A stretch of DNA of 64,000 bases from a virus: IMG/VR virus record IMGVR_UViG_3300034152_000478, positions 64,001 through 128,000 of that record; one strand, given 5' to 3'. The position numbers and the translations under genes are program-made. The notes under the pieces were generated by a model. The model had not been told where the DNA came from, ran no database searches, and was given only the letters and a program-made list of their open reading frames with translations. Positions 31,758 to 41,206 of the stretch are shown here, in pieces. Position 1 is the first letter of the stretch. Every line of letters starts with the position of its first letter.

Positions 31758-32017
31758 TTAACTTCCTTTCGATAGGGACATTGTCGCACGTCACTAACTT
31801 TCCATGCGTTGTTTTTAGTGTACATGACATAGCAGGCGTGCTTTTTGTACGTACATTCATAGCCTTGATCGAAGCAGTGTTTCGGGCTATCTTTTAGCAC
31901 CGCTCGTACTAAGTCTACGAGGGTGTGTAATAGCCCTATGTCTTCTGGATTAAGATGATTCTTGCGCTTCAAGAACAAGCGCAACAGATTGATCGCTACT
32001 GGTAACCACTGATGCAT
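31754..32017 (-). CDS. Hypothetical protein, Cys-rich C-terminus
   Basis: Operonic ORF. Confidence 0.45.
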   Translation of the reverse strand: MHQWLPVAINLLRLFLKRKNHLNPEDIGLLHTLVDLVRAVLKDSPKHCFDQGYECTYKKHACYVMYTKNNAWKVSDVRQCPYRKEVK

Positions 32018-32456
32018 CTTCCAGCCCTCCGAGAATCCAATCGCAACCTTCGATTATACCCTGGAAGAATGCCCTGATAAGAATGACAGCCTCTGGGCTG
32101 AGTACGTCATCATCAAGAACCTTGTAACCGATAAGAATGTCAAATGCATCCTTTAGAAATGGTCTCAAAAACGGCGGGACTTTCGCAAACAGTAGATTCG
32201 CCGTCGAAGGATTCAACACAACTTCCTCGTTGTCTAAGAACGCGAGGACATTAGTGGAGATATCATCCTTCAGTAATCTGGCGATCCTCTGGCGGTCTTC
32301 CTCGCTGTCGAGCAATTCTGTGATGCACGCCATCGTACCAGTTCTTGCCGCTGCTTTGACAAGGATTTTACCTTGATGAACGTTAATTTGTTCGAATAGT
32401 GCACAACTGGGCAACAGCGCCAAGATTAATAGTAAACTGATAATACGAGTTCTCAT
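31950..32456 (-). CDS. Putative lipoprotein
   Basis: MRTRIISLLLILALLPSC lipobox-like leader. Confidence 0.6.
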   Translation of the reverse strand: MRTRIISLLLILALLPSCALFEQINVHQGKILVKAAARTGTMACITELLDSEEDRQRIARLLKDDISTNVLAFLDNEEVVLNPSTANLLFAKVPPFLRPFLKDAFDILIGYKVLDDDVLSPEAVILIRAFFQGIIEGCDWILGGLEDASVVTSSDQSVALVLEAQESS

Positions 32457-32465
32457 TGTTCCCCC

Positions 32466-32804
32466 CTAAATCTGATACTGCAGCAAGGCCGCTTCCACAC
32501 GAGCCTTTAATACTTCTGCTGCCATTTCGGTTAGACCAAGACGATTCATTTCATTCCTAATATATGATATTGCCTTAGCCAACTTTTCACCGCTCTCAAG
32601 TCTCTGTGAGTGTTTGGTCTCTAATGTGCGAGCCAGTTTTTCTACAGAAGTAACTGCCGTAACCACCAGTCTATCAATCAGCTCCTCTTGGTTGATGTAT
32701 TCTTCCAACTTGTACTTTTTGACAAGCTGCCTAACCACCCAACCAATAAGGGCAACCAGTACTGGAACGGCAATTTCAAGGATAACAGGAAGTGCTCCCT
32801 CCAT
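32466..32804 (-). CDS. Putative holin (LL-H-like)
   Basis: One N-terminal TM helix, AVTSVEK, GEKLAKA, RVEAAL. Confidence 0.6.
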   Translation of the reverse strand: MEGALPVILEIAVPVLVALIGWVVRQLVKKYKLEEYINQEELIDRLVVTAVTSVEKLARTLETKHSQRLESGEKLAKAISYIRNEMNRLGLTEMAAEVLKARVEAALLQYQI

Positions 32805-32805
32805 T

Positions 32806-33522
32806 TTAGCCTCCTTTAAGCTTTTTCTTGTTCACTTTCTTGGTAAGAGTCTCGATTGCGTTGGCGGCTTCTTCCTCAGTGAGGACATCCACCTTGTCGA
32901 TAGCCCTTCCTACTACTTTAGATACGTCATCCAGCGTAAATAGCCCATTATCTATGAATTTTACCTTAATATGTTGCTTCTGAATCGGCGTCAAAGGCCC
33001 TGTGCGATCCCTAACCTCCTCAAGGGTGCACATTTCAATCCCCAACGCACGCCGCAATGCTCGGCCGAGAGCCCGCGTTTCCGCCAATGCTGTTGTGTAC
33101 CGATGAAATCCGTCTCTGGCATTGCCAAGCCGACAATCAGCAGCGCCGCACCAGCTTTGACCATTTCTGAAATAAACAGTCGCCACCACAGTAGCACTCC
33201 ATTGATTTTCTTTCTGAGGTGATTGCACCACCTCAACGTCATAGCCATTCATTCCGGCATGCTCTCTTGCGATACGAACCAGGGCATTTACAGTAATGTA
33301 GTCGCTACCGTCGTCACCCTGCTGAATGTCATCATCCCGTAGGAATTCACTATAATCTACTCTGTTTTTTGGCTCTTTCTTAATCTCTTTAGATCGAGCC
33401 TCAAAGTCATTTTTGATTTCTTCCAAGACGGCTTTTTGTTTGGCCGGGTCGAGTTGACTGAACTTCTCAAAGTTCACAGCAATTGTTTCCAGCCGAAGGA
33501 TCGGGTCGTCGCTTTTTTCCAT
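32806..33522 (-). CDS. Rad52/Rad22-like single-strand annealing protein
   Basis: ATVVATV, GAAD, ALAETRALGRALRRALGI. RBS GAGGTG before MEKSD. Confidence 0.65.
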   Translation of the reverse strand: MEKSDDPILRLETIAVNFEKFSQLDPAKQKAVLEEIKNDFEARSKEIKKEPKNRVDYSEFLRDDDIQQGDDGSDYITVNALVRIAREHAGMNGYDVEVVQSPQKENQWSATVVATVYFRNGQSWCGAADCRLGNARDGFHRYTTALAETRALGRALRRALGIEMCTLEEVRDRTGPLTPIQKQHIKVKFIDNGLFTLDDVSKVVGRAIDKVDVLTEEEAANAIETLTKKVNKKKLKGG

Positions 33523-33529
33523 TTTCACC

Positions 33530-34495
33530 TCACCGAGTAAAAGGTAATCCAAAAACTCCAGTTATCTCATCTGCAGTCAAAACATAACTGCCCCTATGTC
33601 GCACAGTTCGCGAAGCAGCGTAGTTAGCATGTCGCATTGCATGATACATGCCAAGCCCATCTGCTTTATAACCACTGCGTGCTAAGGATAGCGCCAGAAA
33701 TGATATTACTGTATCTCCAGCACCACAAGTATCTGCCACCTCTACTGTGTGTGCCTCTTGATGCTGTAGTAGTTCGCCTCTTTGGTATAGGTCCATACCG
33801 GCAGCCCCTTTTGTGTGTAGTAGGAATGTATCTTCCAGTTGTTCCGAGAGTTCATTGGGCTCCAGGATGGTCTTTTCCATCTCTGCCTGATTAGGGGTAA
33901 CAATGGTCAAGCCCTTGATAGATCGATACGTAGGTCGCTTGGGATCAAGTATTGTGAGAACGCCGCGAGCATTGCACAAATCCACTACGGACTGTATAAA
34001 GTCATCGTCAAGAGTACCCTTGTTGTAGTCTGAAAGAATAACCAGGCGCACATTCCACTCAGTTAATAGATGGCCAATTGCTTCAATCCACTGATCACGC
34101 ATTAGATCATCGACATTGATTTCATGCGGCTCCAGCTCTTTGTCGAGACGACAGACTTGCTGCCCTGCCCAAACGCGTATCTTAGTCGGAATAATGTAGT
34201 CTGGACAACCGAAGAGGCCACGATCGACAATATTTTGTTCGCGCAACATGAGGCTAAGCTGGGTTTCTTTTAGCGCCAAGTCGGGCGCTATGTGTCGTTC
34301 TTCATCCAGATATATAAAAACACACTGTTGGTCGCGGGCGATCTGGGCTGCGACATTGGCTGCTCCTCCAAGACTGTATTCGTCTTTGTTGAACAGGCAG
34401 ACTGGTACCGGCGCTTCTGGACTAATGCGTGTGCTTTTGCAATCCCACTTAACGTCCAGCATGGCATCGCCGATTACCATAATACTACTGTCCAT
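33530..34495 (-). CDS. PfkB sugar kinase, HldE/RfaE domain I-like
   Basis: GDAMLD, RISPEAPVPV, GGAANVA, SDYNKG, DPK, TPNQAE, DTCGAGDT. Confidence 0.88.
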   Translation of the reverse strand: MDSSIMVIGDAMLDVKWDCKSTRISPEAPVPVCLFNKDEYSLGGAANVAAQIARDQQCVFIYLDEERHIAPDLALKETQLSLMLREQNIVDRGLFGCPDYIIPTKIRVWAGQQVCRLDKELEPHEINVDDLMRDQWIEAIGHLLTEWNVRLVILSDYNKGTLDDDFIQSVVDLCNARGVLTILDPKRPTYRSIKGLTIVTPNQAEMEKTILEPNELSEQLEDTFLLHTKGAAGMDLYQRGELLQHQEAHTVEVADTCGAGDTVISFLALSLARSGYKADGLGMYHAMRHANYAASRTVRHRGSYVLTADEITGVFGLPFTR

Positions 34496-34922
34496 CTTTA
34501 CTCCCCTTGATTGCTCTAAACACATCGCTGACACTGGTGCCGTTCATGTTCTCAATCATCATGATTTCATCAGCGTATCCAGCACCGGGCAGATGCGCGA
34601 CCTGCGTATGTTTAAGTTCGTGTGAGTGAAAAACAATAAGGGAGTTTTCCGAATCTTTAATGCAGCGCTCAAAGAAGTCTTCAGCGTATCGGTCGAGGTC
34701 TGGATCAGAAACAATCTTAACACTATCGACACAACCCAGCTCCAACAGTATCTCACGCCGCTCCATCGCGGTTAGCGGCAGACATCCCTTTTTCTTGATG
34801 GTGTAGTCGTCGTCATTGATTAGGACGATAAGCGTGTCACAATGTTCCCTACAAACCTGAAGAGTCTTCACATGATGTGGCATGAGTAGGGCAAAGCAGC
34901 CCATCTTGATTCCGTATCTCAT
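34485..34922 (-). CDS. Nucleotidyltransferase, HldE/RfaE domain II-like (degenerate HxGH)
   Basis: GCFALLMPHH, LIVLINDD...KKG, ERREILLELGCVD, TSVS. Confidence 0.75.
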   Translation of the reverse strand: MRYGIKMGCFALLMPHHVKTLQVCREHCDTLIVLINDDDYTIKKKGCLPLTAMERREILLELGCVDSVKIVSDPDLDRYAEDFFERCIKDSENSLIVFHSHELKHTQVAHLPGAGYADEIMMIENMNGTSVSDVFRAIKGSKDGQ

Positions 34923-35359
34923 CTGTTGTCAGGACTCCTGCTTTTAGTGAAGCGGTAGCTATCTGCCGGATCGTCGTGGGTAGATGCTTCGATAAAAACA
35001 TTCAACTGCCCAAGACCCGTAAAACGATGAGGAACAAGATGGTTAATATACACTGCAGCAGTGCCATATTTCTCATCTAAAACAAGAATTTGATCGGGCT
35101 TTGTTAGATCAACTCCATGAGCCTCTGGAACCAGCAAACCCTCCTCATCGCGCAACCCTGGAGGACAGACTAATTCCTCCCAGAGTTCTATCATAATAAC
35201 GCCTTTAGTGACAATGAACATCTCTTTCTTCACATGATGAAAATGCACACTACACTGAGCCCCTTGATCTACGCCCATTCTTTTAACACAAAATTCCTTG
35301 TTGCGTAGATGGCTCTCATAGCCCCATACTTTATCGACGTGTTTAGTTTCAGGCATCAT
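34919..35359 (-). CDS. Cupin, sugar isomerase-like
   Basis: VDKVWGYE, SVHFHHVKKEMF, PHRF, EASTHD...DSYR. Confidence 0.8.
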   Translation of the reverse strand: MMPETKHVDKVWGYESHLRNKEFCVKRMGVDQGAQCSVHFHHVKKEMFIVTKGVIMIELWEELVCPPGLRDEEGLLVPEAHGVDLTKPDQILVLDEKYGTAAVYINHLVPHRFTGLGQLNVFIEASTHDDPADSYRFTKSRSPDNR

Positions 35360-35886
35360 ACAGGATAAACCTCCAGGAGGTATTCCATGGCATCTTCAAG
35401 CGTAGGTACGACAAGCGAGGCCGCCTGCGTTACGAAGGCGTGGTCGTGGCAATTGCCCTTGTCTTCCATGATGACGAGACATATCTTGCCAAGCTTTTCG
35501 GCCCAGGCCAGCTCGAACATGGTTCCAATGCTGACAGTCTCAGCCTGAGCCAGATTGAAGATAACAATGTCAGCTCGCTCCACATCACACTTATCTCGAC
35601 GGTAGATAGCCTGGTCTGAGGAAATACCAAGTCGGTCACCGCCCGGCGTATTATCTTGCGGATGAGCCTTAAGCTTCCTCTTGCGACTTAGGAATTCTTT
35701 GCCACGCATGGGTGAGTATGCTTTGTAATGGCCGCTCTCTTCCAGCTCTTTCTTTACCTGCTGCCTCCAGCCAGTACAACCCTTATAGCTGAGTCCCGTA
35801 ATAGGACCGGCCAGATACACCATCAATCTTGCTTCTCTATCCAGCATGTTAGCCTCCTTTAGACTATAAACAGTTTCTCTTTCCAA
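35356..35886 (-). CDS. Nucleoside 2-deoxyribosyltransferase-family protein
   Basis: VYLAGPITG, RDKCDVERAD, SIGTMFELAWA. Start likely 35847. Confidence 0.85.
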   Translation of the reverse strand: MERETVYSLKEANMLDREARLMVYLAGPITGLSYKGCTGWRQQVKKELEESGHYKAYSPMRGKEFLSRKRKLKAHPQDNTPGGDRLGISSDQAIYRRDKCDVERADIVIFNLAQAETVSIGTMFELAWAEKLGKICLVIMEDKGNCHDHAFVTQAASLVVPTLEDAMEYLLEVYPV

Positions 35887-36272
35887 TCTTTTGGATTAAG
35901 GTCTCTGAATTTTCGACAAGTGTAATTCGTACCTCCGCTGGCCTTGATATCAAATGGCAATACAGCACATGCTATTAAGATATCGCAATAGGCCGCTATT
36001 TCATTGTTTCTCTCATAGTAGCGCTGAGGGCTCGGCTTATGATTACTTGGTGGAAATATGAGTTTCGGTATCCCATATTCATCTGCGATTTGCTCAGCAA
36101 ACTTGTCGCCTCCCTCAGGACAACCTCCGGAGCATATCCAATCACCTTCTTTGTAAAACTCCCAGAATTTCATTAGAATGCAAGTCAGATCCTTGCCTTC
36201 GTTACGTTTACGTGAACCAATGATGCCGATTACTTTACTTGCAGCATTCCTGGAGGAGATTAACAATATCAT
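35859..36272 (-). CDS. SLOG-superfamily (DprA/YspA-like) protein
   Basis: IIGSR, SGGCPEGGDKFAE, RNNEIA, SGGTNYT. Confidence 0.8.
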   Translation of the reverse strand: MILLISSRNAASKVIGIIGSRKRNEGKDLTCILMKFWEFYKEGDWICSGGCPEGGDKFAEQIADEYGIPKLIFPPSNHKPSPQRYYERNNEIAAYCDILIACAVLPFDIKASGGTNYTCRKFRDLNPKDWKEKLFIV

Positions 36273-36569
36273 TTAGCTATCGTCAGCAAAAATGCCAACG
36301 TCTCCGTTCTCTTCGATCTTCACATCTTCATAAGGGCCAGCCACCTTGCGGTAGACTTCCAGCTTGGCGCATTCCAGAACGCCTACAATCTGCTGAATGC
36401 GAGCATAGCGTACACCGGGAGTCAGGATCAGGCGGTGCACAATCTCAGTAATGACATAGTTCAGAACTCCGTCATACTGATCTTCAGGAATGGCTGTGGT
36501 GATTCTATTGACCAGCTCCTGGATCTCATCCTCTAAAACTGTTCGTTGGGTTTGTTTGATGTACGGCAT
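36273..36569 (-). CDS. Conserved phage protein (DUF6899-like)
   Basis: MPYIKQ, GVLNYVIT, GVLECAKLEVYRK..PYED.KI.ENGDV. Confidence 0.75.
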   Translation of the reverse strand: MPYIKQTQRTVLEDEIQELVNRITTAIPEDQYDGVLNYVITEIVHRLILTPGVRYARIQQIVGVLECAKLEVYRKVAGPYEDVKIEENGDVGIFADDS

Positions 36570-36572
36570 AAA

Positions 36573-36917
36573 CTACTCCTTTACTGGCTTTTCTTCTCGT
36601 AACAAATCTCCTCTATGCTCTAAACAGGCTATTGTAAGAGCAGCTACTTTTACTAAGTCTTTAAGCACTTCTTCTTCATGAACTATTTGAGCATTGGATG
36701 GATTTTCCTTGTAAGCATCTAATACGAGCCTTCCGCCAGCTCCTCCGAGAAACTTACTCTTAGCTCTATTAAGATAGGCTTCTATATAAAGAACCCATTG
36801 AGCTACATGGTTCAATTCGTCAAAAGACAGAGTATTTTCTGGTCTGTCACTATCATACATAGAATTTTGATAGGATCTTTCCTTATTGATTAATTCGAAC
36901 ACTTCTTCTCTTTTCAT
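36573..36917 (-). CDS. MazG-like helical protein
   Basis: ERSYQ and LVKVAALTIACLE. AT-rich. Confidence 0.55.
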   Translation of the reverse strand: MKREEVFELINKERSYQNSMYDSDRPENTLSFDELNHVAQWVLYIEAYLNRAKSKFLGGAGGRLVLDAYKENPSNAQIVHEEEVLKDLVKVAALTIACLEHRGDLLREEKPVKE

Positions 36918-36925
36918 GTTTTCTC

Positions 36926-37771
36926 CTAAAAGTTCTGACTGATAACTGTACCGAACGGTGCCGTACCCCATTTGCCTGCTCTATTTCGTGCAACCACTGC
37001 TTCAATGTTCTTCAGCTTCTCCTCAAATATCTTGTGATTGCGAGCCGAGTTTCTTGCCATATTCATATGTGCTACACCATGCCAAAGATGAATGGCAGAA
37101 AAGTCTTCGTAGCAGGCTTTATAATCCTGGAGACCGACTTCACGCAAGGCATAAACCCACCAGTCCTCATCTCTCGCCCAGTTCTTTCCGGCGAAATCTT
37201 CATCGTATCCACCAGCTTCAATAGCCGCTTCTCTTGGGTAAGCTACGATCCAACCAGATTTTGGTGATCTTATTGGAATTTTGAATTGGTCGTACATTTC
37301 CAGGATGTTGGCTTCTCTGCATACTTTTTCGTGCAAAAGAAACTCATTCACTCTGGTCGGCTTGAATGCAGTGCTCTCTGAGGAATCCCACACCATGGCA
37401 AAGTTCAGGGCATTATCAACGCCCTCGCGGTATGGCTCCAAGGCATAGTATATAAAGTCTTCGCTGATCCAGTGATCGGCATCAGTAGTGCAACACACTT
37501 CTCCGATGGCGTGACGAAGGCAGATGTTACGAGGCAAGCTTGGATTAGTCCATCCATTGAATGGCACGAAGATGTAGTGTAATTTGAATGGCGCGGTGTT
37601 GAGATACCCCTCCATGAATTCCCTTGTTCCATCCGGGCTGTTGCCATCAAGCACGATACATTCAAAATCAATACCAGGATTGCGTATTTTGTTAAGCTCT
37701 AACCGAGCCAAGAATGCTTTTAGATGTGGTAGCCTATGATATGTCGTATGGATAATTGAAAGCTGTGTCAT
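36926..37771 (-). CDS. GT2 glycosyltransferase with GT7C-like C-terminus
   Basis: LDGNSPDGT, PRN, TDAD, GGYDEDF...W..DED, HLWH. Confidence 0.85.
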   Translation of the reverse strand: MTQLSIIHTTYHRLPHLKAFLARLELNKIRNPGIDFECIVLDGNSPDGTREFMEGYLNTAPFKLHYIFVPFNGWTNPSLPRNICLRHAIGEVCCTTDADHWISEDFIYYALEPYREGVDNALNFAMVWDSSESTAFKPTRVNEFLLHEKVCREANILEMYDQFKIPIRSPKSGWIVAYPREAAIEAGGYDEDFAGKNWARDEDWWVYALREVGLQDYKACYEDFSAIHLWHGVAHMNMARNSARNHKIFEEKLKNIEAVVARNRAGKWGTAPFGTVISQNF

Positions 37772-38424
37772 TCAGGAAACTCCAAGTTGAGAGGCGGTTG
37801 AAGCACCAGCATCTCTGGATTAAAAACAGTTGGCACATGCGCGTGGAGTAGGCCGTAGATAAATTGCGCTATCTGACGTATTTCCCATTGCGCATGCTTG
37901 TCGAGACGAAGGCGCAAAAAATCCCACCAGCCCTGCAATGTGCCGCTTACCACCATTTGTGTTTTGCATGCATTTGGCAGCACGAATCTGGCATCTTCTC
38001 TTTTGAATTTTTCTCTTAGCTCATTATAGAATTGCCAAAGCCTCAGCATACATCGGTGGAATAGCTCTGGCATAGCGCCCTTGTCAGTTCTTATACTATC
38101 AGGCAGAACATACTCTGGAAAGTCTTCTGCACACCAGCGCTGGCTGCGCTGAAGGTATCTAAGGTGGGCATGTCTGACAAGCTGATGGCTGCAGGCGCGA
38201 CTAATGCCGCTAATCACGAAGGAACAGTGAGCATGGCTGAGAATGGAGAAATGACCTTCTCTAAGTCTGGCGGGAAGGAATCGCTTATACGAATCCTCGG
38301 TCATTTTGTGCAGCGTATTGTAACAGAAGCGAGCACAATATTCGAGGTGTCGCTCAACATCGGGGGTGAGCCCACGAATGCTCACAGATGGGTCCATGAG
38401 CTGTAGATATCCACTTGTCTCCAT
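37768..38424 (-). CDS. thyX: FAD-dependent thymidylate synthase
   Basis: GHFSILSH, SRACSHQLVRH, SQRW, EDARFVLP, HAQWEIR. Confidence 0.93.
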   Translation of the reverse strand: METSGYLQLMDPSVSIRGLTPDVERHLEYCARFCYNTLHKMTEDSYKRFLPARLREGHFSILSHAHCSFVISGISRACSHQLVRHAHLRYLQRSQRWCAEDFPEYVLPDSIRTDKGAMPELFHRCMLRLWQFYNELREKFKREDARFVLPNACKTQMVVSGTLQGWWDFLRLRLDKHAQWEIRQIAQFIYGLLHAHVPTVFNPEMLVLQPPLNLEFPE

Positions 38425-38447
38425 TTTCTATCCTTGCTGGCCGATTC

Positions 38448-38999
38448 TTACGGCTTTCGCCAGGTTATACATATCACCTTGGCTATAATGTCCTTCTTCT
38501 TGATCGGCCCATAGTCGCGTGAGTCCATGGACCTTTGACGATTATCCCCCATGACCCAGTATTCATTTGATCCCAGCGTATAAGTTCTCGATCGTACTTT
38601 TAGCGGCTTGTAGTCATAAAGGTATGGCTCCTCCAGAACCTTTTCTCGTCCTCGAATTGACTGAACGATAATACCACTCTTGTTGACCGTAACAGTTTCG
38701 CCAGGCAGCCCTATTACCCGCTTGATCACATCCACATCAGGACGATTGATCGTTATAATGTCTCCTCTATCCACATTGGTTGTGAGATAAGTGACACACA
38801 TGTCCCCATGATTCAAAGCAGGAAACATCGAAAAGCCTGATACCTGACAAAGACGAATCTTACATAGTATGAATATGGCCACGGAAAGCAGGATGGCCAA
38901 TCTGATCCATTGTGTGATGTTAGTTTTTGCGCGGCAGCCTTTTGAGTTGGTCGAGGATTTTTCCTGCATCATTTGCAAAGCCTCCCGTGTAACACGCAA
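38448..38999 (-). CDS. lepB: Signal peptidase I (S26)
   Basis: TM helix, SGFSMFPAL (Ser), IKRVIGLPGE (Lys), GDNR..SMDSRDYG. Start uncertain. Confidence 0.9.
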   Translation of the reverse strand: MRVTREALQMMQEKSSTNSKGCRAKTNITQWIRLAILLSVAIFILCKIRLCQVSGFSMFPALNHGDMCVTYLTTNVDRGDIITINRPDVDVIKRVIGLPGETVTVNKSGIIVQSIRGREKVLEEPYLYDYKPLKVRSRTYTLGSNEYWVMGDNRQRSMDSRDYGPIKKKDIIAKVICITWRKP

Positions 39000-39696
39000 C
39001 TGAACAACGGTTTAAATCTGCACTCCAATAAGCTTCTATCAATTGCGGCTCATGAAACAGGATAATGTTGGGTACGTTGTATATGAATGCCGCGTAGCCG
39101 AGTAGTCCATCGGGCGCTATAACTAAGCTGGCTCCCAGTGTGTATCGCAATGCTTCCAGCAGGGAAGTCTTGCCACGATGGTCCTCTATAATACTATCGG
39201 TCCAATTTGCTGGTCGACTACCAACTTTTTTCCCTAAAAGCACAATTTTTTTGCCGATAAATTCAGCCAGCTCATTAATACATTTGTTTGTGAGCCCCCT
39301 TGTGCCACCTCCGCCATCGGCCACCAGGGCCACGTAGTCGCCGCGTGATACTTCTACGATCGGCATGGGTACGTCAATACATAGAGCGTCCACGCACGTT
39401 GTGAGGGCTGTAGCGACGTTCCAGACGCGCTTAGGAACCACACTCCAGAACTGGCCATTTGGATAGCTATTGACAGTGTATTGTAAACATACACCATAGC
39501 CACGAGCAGCCTGAGAGACCAGTTGCCAATATTCTCTCAATGGCTCTTCGTATGTGCTGGCCCTACGCTCAGCCTCGAAGTGGTCGTAATAGACTCGCTG
39601 CCCAGGAGGTACGGTGCGACGGATGATGTTTAGTAGCTTGCAGCTTAAGATGACACTATCACCCAAGCCTCCGCTACCTATGAATCTCGTCTGCAT
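38920..39696 (-). CDS. Divergent GT9-like glycosyltransferase
   Basis: SGGLGDSV, DHRGKTSLLEA, APDGLLGYAA..NVPNIILF. Confidence 0.65.
   Translation of the reverse strand: MQTRFIGSGGLGDSVILSCKLLNIIRRTVPPGQRVYYDHFEAERRASTYEEPLREYWQLVSQAARGYGVCLQYTVNSYPNGQFWSVVPKRVWNVATALTTCVDALCIDVPMPIVEVSRGDYVALVADGGGGTRGLTNKCINELAEFIGKKIVLLGKKVGSRPANWTDSIIEDHRGKTSLLEALRYTLGASLVIAPDGLLGYAAFIYNVPNIILFHEPQLIEAYWSADLNRCSVACYTGGFANDAGKILDQLKRLPRKN
39186..39210 (-). promoter_or_regulatory. Phage promoter-like motif, copy 3 (intragenic)
   Basis: Minus strand GCAAATTGGACCGATA-GTATTA-TAG, about 200 bp upstream of the signal peptidase. Confidence 0.6.
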
Positions 39697-40340
39697 TATT
39701 CAAAGTACTCCAACTGAGGAAAAAGCGTCGTCGGATCTTCGTGGTAATGATAATGTATCTTGCCAACCCAGTAGTGACGGATCTCCCAAATGTGCCTGAA
39801 GCCTCTCTGTCCGTGTCCTTCCCACATGGCATTGAATACCGGATCTCGGAAAAGTTTCTGTTCAAACAGCTCTGCCATTCGCTGCAGAACGCTATATTGT
39901 GGTCGCTTTGCTATATGTAGTACGCCCTCTATCAGCCTACATAGATTCACATGGCCAAAATGTGGCTTGGCTGTCATGAATTCGAAGTCGCTACCAGGCA
40001 GCGCAAAGAAGCCTCGTTTGCATGTACGATTTATCTGCCTAATGGCCGCAGGTAGGTCTTCAATGTGCTCAAATGTGTGACTCGAATACATAAAGTCGAA
40101 GTAGTTGTCTGGATAATCACGCAGCACTGAGACTGCATCGCCCTCCAGCAACTCTCTATCTCCGACATTCAATCCACGTCTATGTCTCTGGGCGTTCGTG
40201 TCCACCATGTCGATGATGTGCGTCGCCTTCGGATATGGCTTATCACCTCCACCAATATCCACAACACGATCATTAGGCCCAATTCCGAAATCAATATGTA
40301 AAAGGCCAGCATATCGTCCGTCTCCTGTGAAGAGTTTCAT
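39696..40340 (-). CDS. Class I SAM-dependent methyltransferase
   Basis: VDIGGG, FDFMYSSHTFEHIED. Confidence 0.85.
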   Translation of the reverse strand: MKLFTGDGRYAGLLHIDFGIGPNDRVVDIGGGDKPYPKATHIIDMVDTNAQRHRRGLNVGDRELLEGDAVSVLRDYPDNYFDFMYSSHTFEHIEDLPAAIRQINRTCKRGFFALPGSDFEFMTAKPHFGHVNLCRLIEGVLHIAKRPQYSVLQRMAELFEQKLFRDPVFNAMWEGHGQRGFRHIWEIRHYWVGKIHYHYHEDPTTLFPQLEYFE

Positions 40341-41206
40341 TTAACTCTCCTCGATAGAAAATCTGGCAGAGTAGGCGATTGAAAACCTGCGGCTCCTTTG
40401 TGACCTCCTCCACCTCTTGCCTTGCACATTTCTCCGCACTCAACATGCTCTTTGTTGCTATACAGTGACATTGTGTATTGGTTGCCATCAAAGACGAATG
40501 AAACGCAGAGATCATACTCGTCCAGAAGACCACCAAAAGCCAGAGAAGAAGCTCGACCGAGATTTATTGCAAACACACTGTAGTCTTCCAACTCAGTTTC
40601 AAATCCCCACGATTTCACATATTCCTTGTAAAACTGACTCTGGAATTTCTGTGCGATTTTCCCAGCTTCTATACAGTCTGTCACTGCTTCCAGTGCTGCC
40701 TCTTGGCTGTAGTCAATAGCGAAAAGCTTGCTCCACACTTCCTCTTCGGGACCAGTTTCTCCCATCTCTATGCCCATTTTGAATGGAATAGTATCTTCAA
40801 TGGAATGAATCCAGCGATCCCAGTCATCAACGATTCTCAGCGCAAAAGGAATACTCACTTGCGGCATTATATATTGCCAGGTCAACAATGCGCCACATCC
40901 ATCTTCGCTGCGTACACCAGGTAGACTGTGTTGTACGCCTTCTGGATCACCCTTAATAGCTGTCTTATGATGGTCAATCCACGTTACATGTCGAGTTATA
41001 GCCAACAGCTTGTCCCAATCGCCGGGTTTTTGCAATGAGAAATCTATAATCCAAACTTCTTCGCCAGGCTCAATGTCATCAAATGGCACTTCCCTATTGT
41101 AATCCATTTCCACAAACTTAATTGTGTACTCTTGGTGGCTTAAGCTTAGGCGAACCACGGCAGCAGCCGCACGTCCATCAAGATCATTGTGATGTAGAAC
41201 TATCAT
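40337..41206 (-). CDS. DHH/DHHA1 phosphoesterase
   Basis: HHNDLDG, IDFS, IDHHKT, GGGGHKGAAGF. Confidence 0.92.
   Translation of the reverse strand: MIVLHHNDLDGRAAAAVVRLSLSHQEYTIKFVEMDYNREVPFDDIEPGEEVWIIDFSLQKPGDWDKLLAITRHVTWIDHHKTAIKGDPEGVQHSLPGVRSEDGCGALLTWQYIMPQVSIPFALRIVDDWDRWIHSIEDTIPFKMGIEMGETGPEEEVWSKLFAIDYSQEAALEAVTDCIEAGKIAQKFQSQFYKEYVKSWGFETELEDYSVFAINLGRASSLAFGGLLDEYDLCVSFVFDGNQYTMSLYSNKEHVECGEMCKARGGGGHKGAAGFQSPTLPDFLSRRVK

Noticed and set aside
22293-32456. Long 60-100 bp same-strand gene overlaps as a recoding signal
   Set aside because: They are explained by over-long start calls or low-complexity C-terminal tails, which are common in compact phage genomes.
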